Assembly: GCA_003565135.1 (NCBI GenBank)
Contig: PXDC01000053.1
Location: 1 to 43,990 of the forward strand
Direction: 5' to 3'
Origin: Verrucomicrobiota bacterium
Lineage (GTDB): Bacteria > Verrucomicrobiota > Verrucomicrobiia > Opitutales > T3Sed10-336
DNA length: 43,990 nucleotides
Shown: positions 8,334 through 16,366 of the stretch, piece after piece
Numbering within the stretch: position 1 is the first letter of the stretch
Layout of the letters: each line of letters starts with the position of its first letter
The notes under the pieces: model-generated
Databases searched by the model: none
Told to the model about the DNA's origin: nothing
The model's input: the letters and a program-made list of their open reading frames with translations, nothing else
Made by a program: the position numbers and the translations under genes

Positions 8334-11252
8334 GTGAACCAGTACGGAACAGATCCTGACCACCGCATCCACGGGGACGGTTTTGCAGCGGACGCCGTCG
8401 CTCCGACGGCATCGACCGACGCGCGGAACGTGATAAACCGGGACACCGAAGACGCCGCAAACATGCTCAAACGAATCCAAAAACACGCTGCCTCCCGGCT
8501 CGATTTCCCCGGAGACCTGAGTTCGTCCGAGCGATTGGCCATATACAAGCAGTTCCTCAACCTGGAAAACGAGATGATCCTGCGCCGGCATCGGTCCGGC
8601 GAATCGGGGCTGGCGGTCGCGCTCGCCCGCTCCTGCGTCATCGACGTGCTCCTGCAGCACCTTTTTTCCGAGGCCCTGGAAACGTTCGACCGGGAGCGCG
8701 GCGCGCCGGCCACCCCGGTCTGCCTGCTGGGGCTCGGGGGCTACGGACGGGCGGAACTGTCGCCGCTGAGCGACGTCGACATCATGTTCCTATTCCCCTC
8801 CAAATCCCGGGAGAAACATCTCAAACGATTCCAGGAACTGCTCTCCAACGAGATCCTTTACCCGCTCTGGGATCTCGGGCTCAAGATCGGGCATTCGTCG
8901 CGGACCATCCACGAAGTCCTGGACGAAGCCCGAAAGGACATCCGCACCAAGACCTCGCTGCTGGAAGCGCGGCTGGTCGCGGGATCGGAGGAACTGTTCA
9001 ACATCTTTCACCAAGCCTACAAGAATTTCTACCAGAAGGAAAATCCGCAGAAATACCTGGAGGCGCGGCTCCGCGACCAGGCGGAACGGCGGGAACGCTT
9101 TCAGAACACCATTTTTCTGCAGGAACCCGACATAAAGAGCGGCGTCGGGGGCCTCCGCGACTACCAGAACGCCCTCTGGATGGCGCGCATCAAACTCGAC
9201 ATCGCACGCATGACGGACCTGTGCACGCACAATTACCTGCGCGAGAAAGAGGCCCGGGAATACCTCCGGGCCTACGATTTCCTCACCCGGGTCCGCAACG
9301 AACTCCACTTCATCAGCCGCCACCCGACCGACCTCCTCGACCTGGAAAGCCAGCCGGTGGTGGCCAGGAACCTCGGCTACACCGAGGAGGATATCTTCCA
9401 GCGGGTGGAAGTCTTCATGCGGGACTACTACACCCACGCTCAGACCATTTTCCGCACCTCCCAATTGCTCGAGCAGCGCCTCGCCCTCCGCAAGGACGAC
9501 AAGAGCGCCGAAAGGATCTCCTTCCGCGAAGTCATCCGGGCGCGCAAACTCGACCGGCAGAAACAATTCGACGGATTCCTCCTCCGCGGAAACGAGCTCA
9601 CTTTCGAGGCCCGGAATGTCTTCAAAGAGGACCCGGAACGACTCATCCGGGTTTTCCGGCACTGCCAACAACTCGGCTGCCGCATGGATTTCGAACTGAC
9701 GAGCCTGATCCAGGAATCGGTGCACCTCATCACCAACAAGATCATCCTTTCTCCCCGGGCCAACGTCAGCTTCCGGTCCATTCTCGACCAATCGGGGCAG
9801 GTTTACCCCACCCTGCTGCAAATGCACGACCTCGGCGTCCTCGGGAAATTCGTCCCGGAATTCGGAAAGCTGACCTGCCTTGTCCAGCATGAATTCTATC
9901 ACCGCTACACCGCGGACATTCACACCCTGAATACCCTGGCCGAACTCGACAAGGTCTTCACCGGCGAGGATCCGGAAACCGAAAAGTACCGCAACGCCCT
10001 GCGTGAAACCCCGGACCCCACCCTTCTCTACCTCATTCTCTTCCTTCACGATATCGGAAAATCGGCCGGCGTGGCCGGTCATGACGAAGCCGGCGCGAAG
10101 CTGGCGCGAAACGTGCTTTCACGGATGGAAGTCGAGGACCAGAAATGCCGGCAAATCGATTTTGTCATTCGCAACCACCTGCTCATGACCCGGATCTGGC
10201 AGAAATTCGACGTGGACGATCCCAGCACGGCGGCACTGTTTGCGGAGCAGGCCGAAACCATCGACAACCTGCGCTACCTTTACGTCCACACCTTTTGCGA
10301 CGCCCGCGGCACCGCCGCCAACCTCTGGAACAGTTTCAAGGACACCCTGCACACCAACCTCTACCGCTCGACGGCGGAAAAACTCACCCGCGGCCCGAAC
10401 GCCGAGCACAGAAACACCGACCAGAAAAAAGTTATCCTCAAAAACATTATCGAGCAGAAAATCCCGGGCATCGGGGAGCAGGAGATCGAGGCCCATTTCA
10501 ACCTGCTGCCCGAACGCTACTTCATCAATACAAGCGCCGCGGAAATCATCCTGCACATCAAGCTGATCCACAACCTCCTGACCAACATCGCCGGCCACGG
10601 CGAAGCCGAAGGCGCCCTGCTCCCGATCATCGACTGGAAGGACGATGTCGACCGGAGCATCACCGTGGTCAACGTCGTGACGTGGGACCGGGCGGGCCTT
10701 TTCTGCAAAATGGCGGGGGCGTTTATCGCCGCCGGACTCAACATTCTGACCGCAAAAGTCGTGACCCGCTCCGATCACATCGCCATCGACACCTTCTACG
10801 TGGTCGAACCCGGTCGCGGAATGGTGCAAAGCCTCGACGCCCGCGGAACGTTCCGCGAGACCCTGGAAAAGGCGTTGACCTCCAAGGACGACGTGTTGCC
10901 CGGGATCGTGAACGAGATTCGTCGCAAAAAGAAAAAGGACAAGCCGCGGTACCGCCGCCAAAAGGAACGCCTCAGCGCCCACATCCCCGCCAACGTCCAG
11001 GTTTACAACGAACTCTCGCTCAAGCGGACCATTGTCGAAATCCAGGCCAACGACAAGATCGGGCTCCTTTACGAGATTTCGCGCATTCTTTTTGCCTACG
11101 GCTACGACATCACATTCGCCCGGATCGCCACCGAGCGCGACGTAGCCCTCGACACCTTCTACATCGAAAACATCGAGGAGCAGGCGCCCGGCGACGACAA
11201 CAACCTGCTCAAACTGCAGGAAGCCCTCAGCGCCGCCATCGCACCCGAATAA
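8334..11252 (+). CDS. glnD: [Protein-PII] uridylyltransferase / uridylyl-removing enzyme
   Basis: Nucleotidyltransferase motif GGYGRAELSPLSDVD, EPDIKSGVGGLRD, HD domain (YHRYTADIHT...LHDIGK) and two C-terminal ACT domains (DRAGLF, DKIGLL). The start could be ATG 8463 instead of GTG 8334. Confidence 0.95.
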   Translation: MNQYGTDPDHRIHGDGFAADAVAPTASTDARNVINRDTEDAANMLKRIQKHAASRLDFPGDLSSSERLAIYKQFLNLENEMILRRHRSGESGLAVALARSCVIDVLLQHLFSEALETFDRERGAPATPVCLLGLGGYGRAELSPLSDVDIMFLFPSKSREKHLKRFQELLSNEILYPLWDLGLKIGHSSRTIHEVLDEARKDIRTKTSLLEARLVAGSEELFNIFHQAYKNFYQKENPQKYLEARLRDQAERRERFQNTIFLQEPDIKSGVGGLRDYQNALWMARIKLDIARMTDLCTHNYLREKEAREYLRAYDFLTRVRNELHFISRHPTDLLDLESQPVVARNLGYTEEDIFQRVEVFMRDYYTHAQTIFRTSQLLEQRLALRKDDKSAERISFREVIRARKLDRQKQFDGFLLRGNELTFEARNVFKEDPERLIRVFRHCQQLGCRMDFELTSLIQESVHLITNKIILSPRANVSFRSILDQSGQVYPTLLQMHDLGVLGKFVPEFGKLTCLVQHEFYHRYTADIHTLNTLAELDKVFTGEDPETEKYRNALRETPDPTLLYLILFLHDIGKSAGVAGHDEAGAKLARNVLSRMEVEDQKCRQIDFVIRNHLLMTRIWQKFDVDDPSTAALFAEQAETIDNLRYLYVHTFCDARGTAANLWNSFKDTLHTNLYRSTAEKLTRGPNAEHRNTDQKKVILKNIIEQKIPGIGEQEIEAHFNLLPERYFINTSAAEIILHIKLIHNLLTNIAGHGEAEGALLPIIDWKDDVDRSITVVNVVTWDRAGLFCKMAGAFIAAGLNILTAKVVTRSDHIAIDTFYVVEPGRGMVQSLDARGTFRETLEKALTSKDDVLPGIVNEIRRKKKKDKPRYRRQKERLSAHIPANVQVYNELSLKRTIVEIQANDKIGLLYEISRILFAYGYDITFARIATERDVALDTFYIENIEEQAPGDDNNLLKLQEALSAAIAPE

Positions 11253-11381
11253 ACGTCCCTTTCGCCCGATGCCACCCGCCGCGTCCGTCCGCCTTGTTCC
11301 CCTTTCCACCGCAACCGGGACCGGGTTTTCGGAACGCCCGCCCGGCCAAGCCTGACCACCCTCCGACCCCCGACACCGACG

Positions 11382-13091
11382 ATGCCAGAATCAAGCCGGG
11401 CCTCCGCCATCGACGCCCTCTACCGGATCAGCAGCCTGGCCGGAAAAACCGAAGAACCCCTGGAGGCGCTGCGACGGATCCTCCGGGAAATCGTCAGGAT
11501 CTTTGCCGCCAGCAGCGGATCGATCGCCCTCCTCAATCCCGACACCGGAAACCTCGAAATCGAGGTTTCCGAGGGCCTCCCCCACCACCCGGCCGACATC
11601 AGCCTGAAACCGGGTGAGGGCATCACCGGCTGGGTGGCGCTCCATGGCCGACCGCTCCTCATCCCGGACGTCCGGTCGGAACCACGCTACATTCAACTCC
11701 GGGAACCCGTGCGCTCGGAAATGGCCGTGCCCATGGAGGACCGGGGCCAGGTCATCGGCGTGGTCAACATCGACAGTGACACCGCGGACGCCTTCGGCGA
11801 CGAGGATCTCAAGCTGCTCCTTCTCATGACGGCGGAGGCCGGCAAGGTGGCCCGCAATCTCTGGCTTATCCAGCAGCTCAAGGTAAAAGCCAACCAGCTC
11901 GAATCCGTCATCAGCATCGGCCGCCGCCTCGTCTCGAAACTGGAACTCCAGGAGATCATCGACGGCATCACCCTCGAGTCGCGCAAGATCATCCGCTGCC
12001 GCCTTTGCGCGGTATTCCTGGCCCATGACGAGGCGGGGCTGCTCGAACTTTACTCGGTCAACGGGGATTCCGGGGCCTTCGCCGAACTGCCGCCCCTCTC
12101 GGTCGAAGAGAGCAGCATCGGCGTGGCCTTCCGCCGGCGAAAGCAGATTGAGGTCCTCGACCTGGTCAAAACCGAGGACAGCCTCGCCGTCCTGAAGGCG
12201 ATTCGGAGCGAGGGACTGGTTTCGCTTCTGGCGACCCCGATCCTTTACGAGGGCGAGGTCATCGGGGTTCTCAACGCCTACACCTCCGAGGCCCACCGGT
12301 TCAACGACGAGGAAAAACGCCTGTTCGCCGCCATGGCCAGTCTCGGCGCCGTCGCCATCCAGAACGCCCGCCTTTACGCCCGCGTCTTCCAGAGCGAGGA
12401 ACAGCTCCGCGTAAGCGAACGGCTGAACGCCCTGGGGCTGCTCGCGTCGGAGGTCGCCCACGAAATCCGCAACCCCCTGACCGTGATAAAACTCCTATTC
12501 CAATCCCTCGACCTGCAATTCGCCTCCACCGATCCCCGCGCCCGCGACCGCGCCATTATCGAGGAAAAGCTCGATCACCTCGAATCGATCGTCAGCCGGG
12601 TGCTCAACTTCGCCAAATCGTCCGAGGATGTTCACGCCCCGTGCGATCTCCGCGACATTCTCCGCGACACCCTTATCCTGGTCCGCCTGAAACTCGAACA
12701 GTGCCGGGTCCGGCACGAATATGAAGAACCGGGGGAACCGCTGGTGATCGAGGGCAACCGGGGACAACTCCAGCAGGTTGTTCTCAACCTTATTTTCAAC
12801 GCCCTTCAGTCCATGCCGGACGGCGGCGAACTCCGGCTCGAGCTGGTCCGGAAGCCGGATGCGGGAAACGGTCCGTGGGCGCATTTGACCGTGACCGATA
12901 CCGGTTGCGGCATCCCCGACACAATCCGCGAAGGGATTTTCGACTCGTTCCTGACCGGTCGAAACGAAGGAACCGGACTGGGCATGGCCATCGTCAAGCG
13001 AATCCTCGACGGTCACCACGGCCGGGTCGACGTCGTCCGATCCGATTCCACCGGAACCGCGATCCGGATCTCCCTCCCGTTGCGAAAATGA
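11382..13091 (+). CDS. Soluble sensor histidine kinase, GAF-GAF-HisKA-HATPase
   Basis: Two GAF domains (GEGITGWVA...SEMAVPM...IGVVNIDS; LLATPI...IGVLNAY), H-box AHEIRNPL, N-box NLIFNA, DTGCGI and GTGLG; no transmembrane segment. Confidence 0.92.
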   Translation: MPESSRASAIDALYRISSLAGKTEEPLEALRRILREIVRIFAASSGSIALLNPDTGNLEIEVSEGLPHHPADISLKPGEGITGWVALHGRPLLIPDVRSEPRYIQLREPVRSEMAVPMEDRGQVIGVVNIDSDTADAFGDEDLKLLLLMTAEAGKVARNLWLIQQLKVKANQLESVISIGRRLVSKLELQEIIDGITLESRKIIRCRLCAVFLAHDEAGLLELYSVNGDSGAFAELPPLSVEESSIGVAFRRRKQIEVLDLVKTEDSLAVLKAIRSEGLVSLLATPILYEGEVIGVLNAYTSEAHRFNDEEKRLFAAMASLGAVAIQNARLYARVFQSEEQLRVSERLNALGLLASEVAHEIRNPLTVIKLLFQSLDLQFASTDPRARDRAIIEEKLDHLESIVSRVLNFAKSSEDVHAPCDLRDILRDTLILVRLKLEQCRVRHEYEEPGEPLVIEGNRGQLQQVVLNLIFNALQSMPDGGELRLELVRKPDAGNGPWAHLTVTDTGCGIPDTIREGIFDSFLTGRNEGTGLGMAIVKRILDGHHGRVDVVRSDSTGTAIRISLPLRK

Positions 13092-13124
13092 GGCGATCCG
13101 GGCATGCCCCGCACCCCGTGTCCG

Positions 13125-13222
13125 GTTTTAAAAAACTTAATTTCTGAAAACCTTTTTCCTAAGCTGCCTGTTACTAAGAACTTTTATCAGGAGCAAAAAT
13201 TGTGAAAAAGTTTTAAAAAAAC
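13125..13222. promoter_or_regulatory. AT-rich intergenic element with direct and inverted repeats (probable promoter/operator region)
   Basis: GTTTTAAAAAA occurs at 13125 and 13210. AACTTTT (13179-13185) and AAAAGTT (13206-13212) form an inverted pair. The stretch is far more AT-rich than its flanks. Confidence 0.45.
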
Positions 13223-13403
13223 AAGCTTGGCATCCCTGACCCCAAACACTACCGTCGCGGCACGATCAGTTTCACCGGACGCCGTCCCTTTCCACTCTCC
13301 CGGTGACGGCTTTCTCTCACGTCAAGTTGCCAGGACCCACCCCCCGGGTGGAGCCCTATCCGGGGCAACACGAACCTCAATCCGAACACCACTATTCTCT
13401 ATA

Positions 13404-13952
13404 ATGAATAAAGAGCTGTTGAACCTTTTTCGCGCGGATCAGAACGAGGACAGGACAACAGCCCGGTACGGCACTCCGGGGCATTGGGAACTGCGCCAGC
13501 GGGAACTCAAACGCCGGGAACGCGTTTCCGCGATCCTGGAATCCGGCGCGGCCACGGCACCGGAAGACTACTATCACGCCGCGGTCATTTTCCAGAGAAG
13601 CGACAATCTGGACGATATCTGGCAAACCCACACCCTGGCCGTGGCGGCGGCAAAACTGGGCCATCGTCCGGCGCGCTGGCTGGCGGCATCGTCGCTGAAC
13701 CGGTGGTTGACCTGCCAGGGGACACCCGGGAGGTATCCCCGCGAATCCGCCGATCCGGCCCGCCGCGAGGCGGCTGTTCCGGAGCCCCCGGCGCCGGCCC
13801 AAGGATCGGAAAGGGCCCGTTGGAACGTTGCGGCTCTCGAGAAGACCGGGAACGACGAATCCAGCCGGACAGGCAAATGCCGGGAACGCTCCGCCAAAGG
13901 CAACACCCCGTCCTGGCTCGACGAACCCCTTTATCGCTGGCATCCTTCCTGA
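13404..13952 (+). CDS. Hypothetical protein (alpha-helical; loosely DUF6624-like)
   Basis: ATG 13404 is preferred over TTG 13227. Motifs ADQ..DR, EDYYHAAVIFQ, ARWLAA, ERARWNV. The stop codon directly abuts the ATG of the next gene. Confidence 0.6.
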   Translation: MNKELLNLFRADQNEDRTTARYGTPGHWELRQRELKRRERVSAILESGAATAPEDYYHAAVIFQRSDNLDDIWQTHTLAVAAAKLGHRPARWLAASSLNRWLTCQGTPGRYPRESADPARREAAVPEPPAPAQGSERARWNVAALEKTGNDESSRTGKCRERSAKGNTPSWLDEPLYRWHPS

Positions 13953-14429
13953 ATGCCGCAACATGACGCAGGCCACCTGGCGCGCGCACTCGACCTGGCG
14001 ATCGAGCACTCGCGGGACGGGCGCCACGGTCCGTTCGGCGCGGTAGTGGCACGCGGAGAAAGCGTCGCAGGCGAGGGATGGAACCAGGTGGTCGCCGCGT
14101 GCGATCCGTCGGCCCACGCCGAAATCGTCGCTTTGCGGGACGCCGCCCGCAACCTCGACACCCACCTCCTGAGCGGGTGCACGATCTATTGCAGTTGCGA
14201 ACCCTGCCCCATGTGCCTGGCCGCGATTTACTGGGCGCGAATCGACCGGCTGGTATTCGCCTGTGGTGCGGACGACGCCGCCGCCGCGGGATTCGACGAC
14301 CGGAGAATCCTCCGTGAAATCCGGCGGGACTGGTCCGAGCGGGAAATTACCTGGCACCAGACCGGGCGCAAAGCCGGGCTCCGGGTATTCGAACGGTGGC
14401 GTCACAACCCGGACCGGGTCCCGTATTAG
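13953..14429 (+). CDS. Nucleoside/nucleobase deaminase, CDA superfamily (Bacillus GuaD-type guanine deaminase-like)
   Basis: GPFGAVV, DPSAHAEIVALR, SCEPCPMCLAAIYWARI and AAAAGFDD: the HAE and PCxxC zinc motifs with a GuaD-like C-terminus ending in Y. Confidence 0.88.
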   Translation: MPQHDAGHLARALDLAIEHSRDGRHGPFGAVVARGESVAGEGWNQVVAACDPSAHAEIVALRDAARNLDTHLLSGCTIYCSCEPCPMCLAAIYWARIDRLVFACGADDAAAAGFDDRRILREIRRDWSEREITWHQTGRKAGLRVFERWRHNPDRVPY

Positions 14430-14602
14430 ACCCGGCCCCGCCTCGGCGGCGTTTCGCCCCGGTGGGCCCGAATCCGGCCGGGGATCATGCCCTTCCGCCG
14501 CCGGGCGGAGCCCGGAACGTTCTTGAAAAAACGGCCGAGTGAACCTTCCATAACAAACGGACCGGTACCCGGCGGAAATTCGCCCGGCGGCCAGCCTTCA
14601 CC

Positions 14603-16288
14603 ATGTCCGCAGCAGATATTCTATCCACGATTTTCATCACCGCCGGCGGTCTCGCCCTGTTCCTTTTCGGAATCCAGATCATGACCGGGGGACTTCGGGC
14701 GGTGGCGGGAGAACGCCTGCGCAGCGCCCTCGCCCTCGCGACCCGGAACCGGATCGCCGGCTTATCCCTCGGCACGCTGCTGGGTTTCCTCATTCACAGC
14801 AGCGCCGCCTCGGCCATGACCGTCGGTCTGGTCAACGCCGGACTCATCCGCCTGGCGGGAGCGCTCCCGATCCTCTTCGGCGCCAATATCGGCACCACGC
14901 TCTCAATGCAGGTCGTCTCCCTTCGGCTGACCGATCTCGCGTTCGCCGCCATCGCCATCGGCCTCCTGGTTTCGGTCGCGGCCCCGCGGGAGACTTTTCG
15001 CCAGGGCGGGCGCGCCCTGCTGGGGATCGGGGTGTTGTTTCTCGGCATGGACCTCATGAGCGGCGCCATCGAACCGCACCGCGATGCCATGCGCCCCTGG
15101 CTGGAAAGAATCGACGGCGCCACCTGGTCCGGCATGCTGCTGGGGGTGGCCGCCGCCGGCCTCTTCACCGCAGTCATCCAAAGCAGCGGCGCCACTATCG
15201 GCATGACGTTCGTGCTGATTTCCGCCGGCGTGTTCACGCAGTTGCACCAGGTTTATCCCCTTGTGCTCGGAGCCCACCTGGGCACCTCCGCCACCGCGCT
15301 GCTGGCGAGCATCGGCACCGGGATCGAGGCCCGCCGCGCCGCCATCGGCAACCTCGTGTTCAACGTTTTCAACACCCTCCTCGCGCTCGCCGCCGCCCCG
15401 CTTTTCCTCTGGGTGATTCCGCTGACGGCGGACAGTCTCGTCCATCAGACCGCCAACCTGCACACCGCGGTCATGGCGGTCGCCGCCGTACTCCTGCTTC
15501 CCTTCACCGGACTTTACGCCCTCGGAATCGAGAAGCTGACCCCCTCGAAAAAACCCGCCGGACCGGGAACCTTCCTCGATCCCGCTCTCACCCCCACGCC
15601 GGAAAACGCGCTGCAGGCCGCTCTCCGGGAATTGCAGCGGTGCGCGACGATCTGCCGGACCAGTCTCGACCACGAACGCGACCTCCTGAAAAACTACGAC
15701 AAATCGGTCGTTCGCAAAATCCGCATGAACGAGGACATCGTCAATGAGATCAAGGTTACCTTCAAAAATTACCTCGGTCTCCTCACCCGCCGCTATCTTT
15801 CCCGTCGCCAGGCCCTCTTTGCCAAATACCTGAATCACATCGTGGGCGATCTGGAACGCATCGGCGACCACATCGAAAACCTGGCCACCCTGGCCGAGAG
15901 GATGTTCCGAACCGGGCAGCCCGACCTCTCCCAACGATCCCTGGTTCAGCCCCTGTACGAGCTGCACCAAAAGGCGAACCGGGTGTTGCGGACGACGGAG
16001 GACGCTCTCGGCTCGGGCGAGAACGATTTCAATGACCGGGCCGCCGCCATCCTCCGGGCGCGCGATGCCTACGTGGAAACCAGCGCCGACATTCGCAGCA
16101 GACTCGACGAAAAGGTGGCCCGCCACGAGATCACTCCCGCGGCCGGACTTCACCTGAGCGAATACGTCATCAGTTGCGACCGCATGGTCCGGCATTGCAA
16201 GATGATTGCCATCGAAATGCAGCAGCCTTTTTTCCGTTTCAAGGAAACCAAGTTCGGGCGGATTACCAAACCGCTGGAATCGGGCTGA
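14603..16288 (+). CDS. Na+/phosphate cotransporter family protein with C-terminal PhoU-like domains
   Basis: GGLALFLFGI, HSSAAS / QSSGAT repeats, GANIGTT / GAHLGTS and DLERIGDH. Confidence 0.92.
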   Translation: MSAADILSTIFITAGGLALFLFGIQIMTGGLRAVAGERLRSALALATRNRIAGLSLGTLLGFLIHSSAASAMTVGLVNAGLIRLAGALPILFGANIGTTLSMQVVSLRLTDLAFAAIAIGLLVSVAAPRETFRQGGRALLGIGVLFLGMDLMSGAIEPHRDAMRPWLERIDGATWSGMLLGVAAAGLFTAVIQSSGATIGMTFVLISAGVFTQLHQVYPLVLGAHLGTSATALLASIGTGIEARRAAIGNLVFNVFNTLLALAAAPLFLWVIPLTADSLVHQTANLHTAVMAVAAVLLLPFTGLYALGIEKLTPSKKPAGPGTFLDPALTPTPENALQAALRELQRCATICRTSLDHERDLLKNYDKSVVRKIRMNEDIVNEIKVTFKNYLGLLTRRYLSRRQALFAKYLNHIVGDLERIGDHIENLATLAERMFRTGQPDLSQRSLVQPLYELHQKANRVLRTTEDALGSGENDFNDRAAAILRARDAYVETSADIRSRLDEKVARHEITPAAGLHLSEYVISCDRMVRHCKMIAIEMQQPFFRFKETKFGRITKPLESG

Positions 16289-16306
16289 AATCCTCCCGCA
16301 CCCGAC

Positions 16307-16343
16307 AAAAAAAGCCCCGGGGCGTTACCGCCCCGGGGCTTTT
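16307..16343. terminator. Bidirectional intrinsic terminator
   Basis: A7-GCCCCGGGGCG-ttac-CGCCCCGGGGC-T4: a perfect 11-bp stem between convergent genes. Confidence 0.9.
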
Positions 16344-16366
16344 GAAAAACGACTGCAAACCGCGGA

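Noticed and set aside
13227-13403. Known purine riboswitch upstream of the deaminase operon
   Set aside because: The conserved purine-aptamer core and a terminator U-tract are not recognisable; kept only as an unclassified structured leader.
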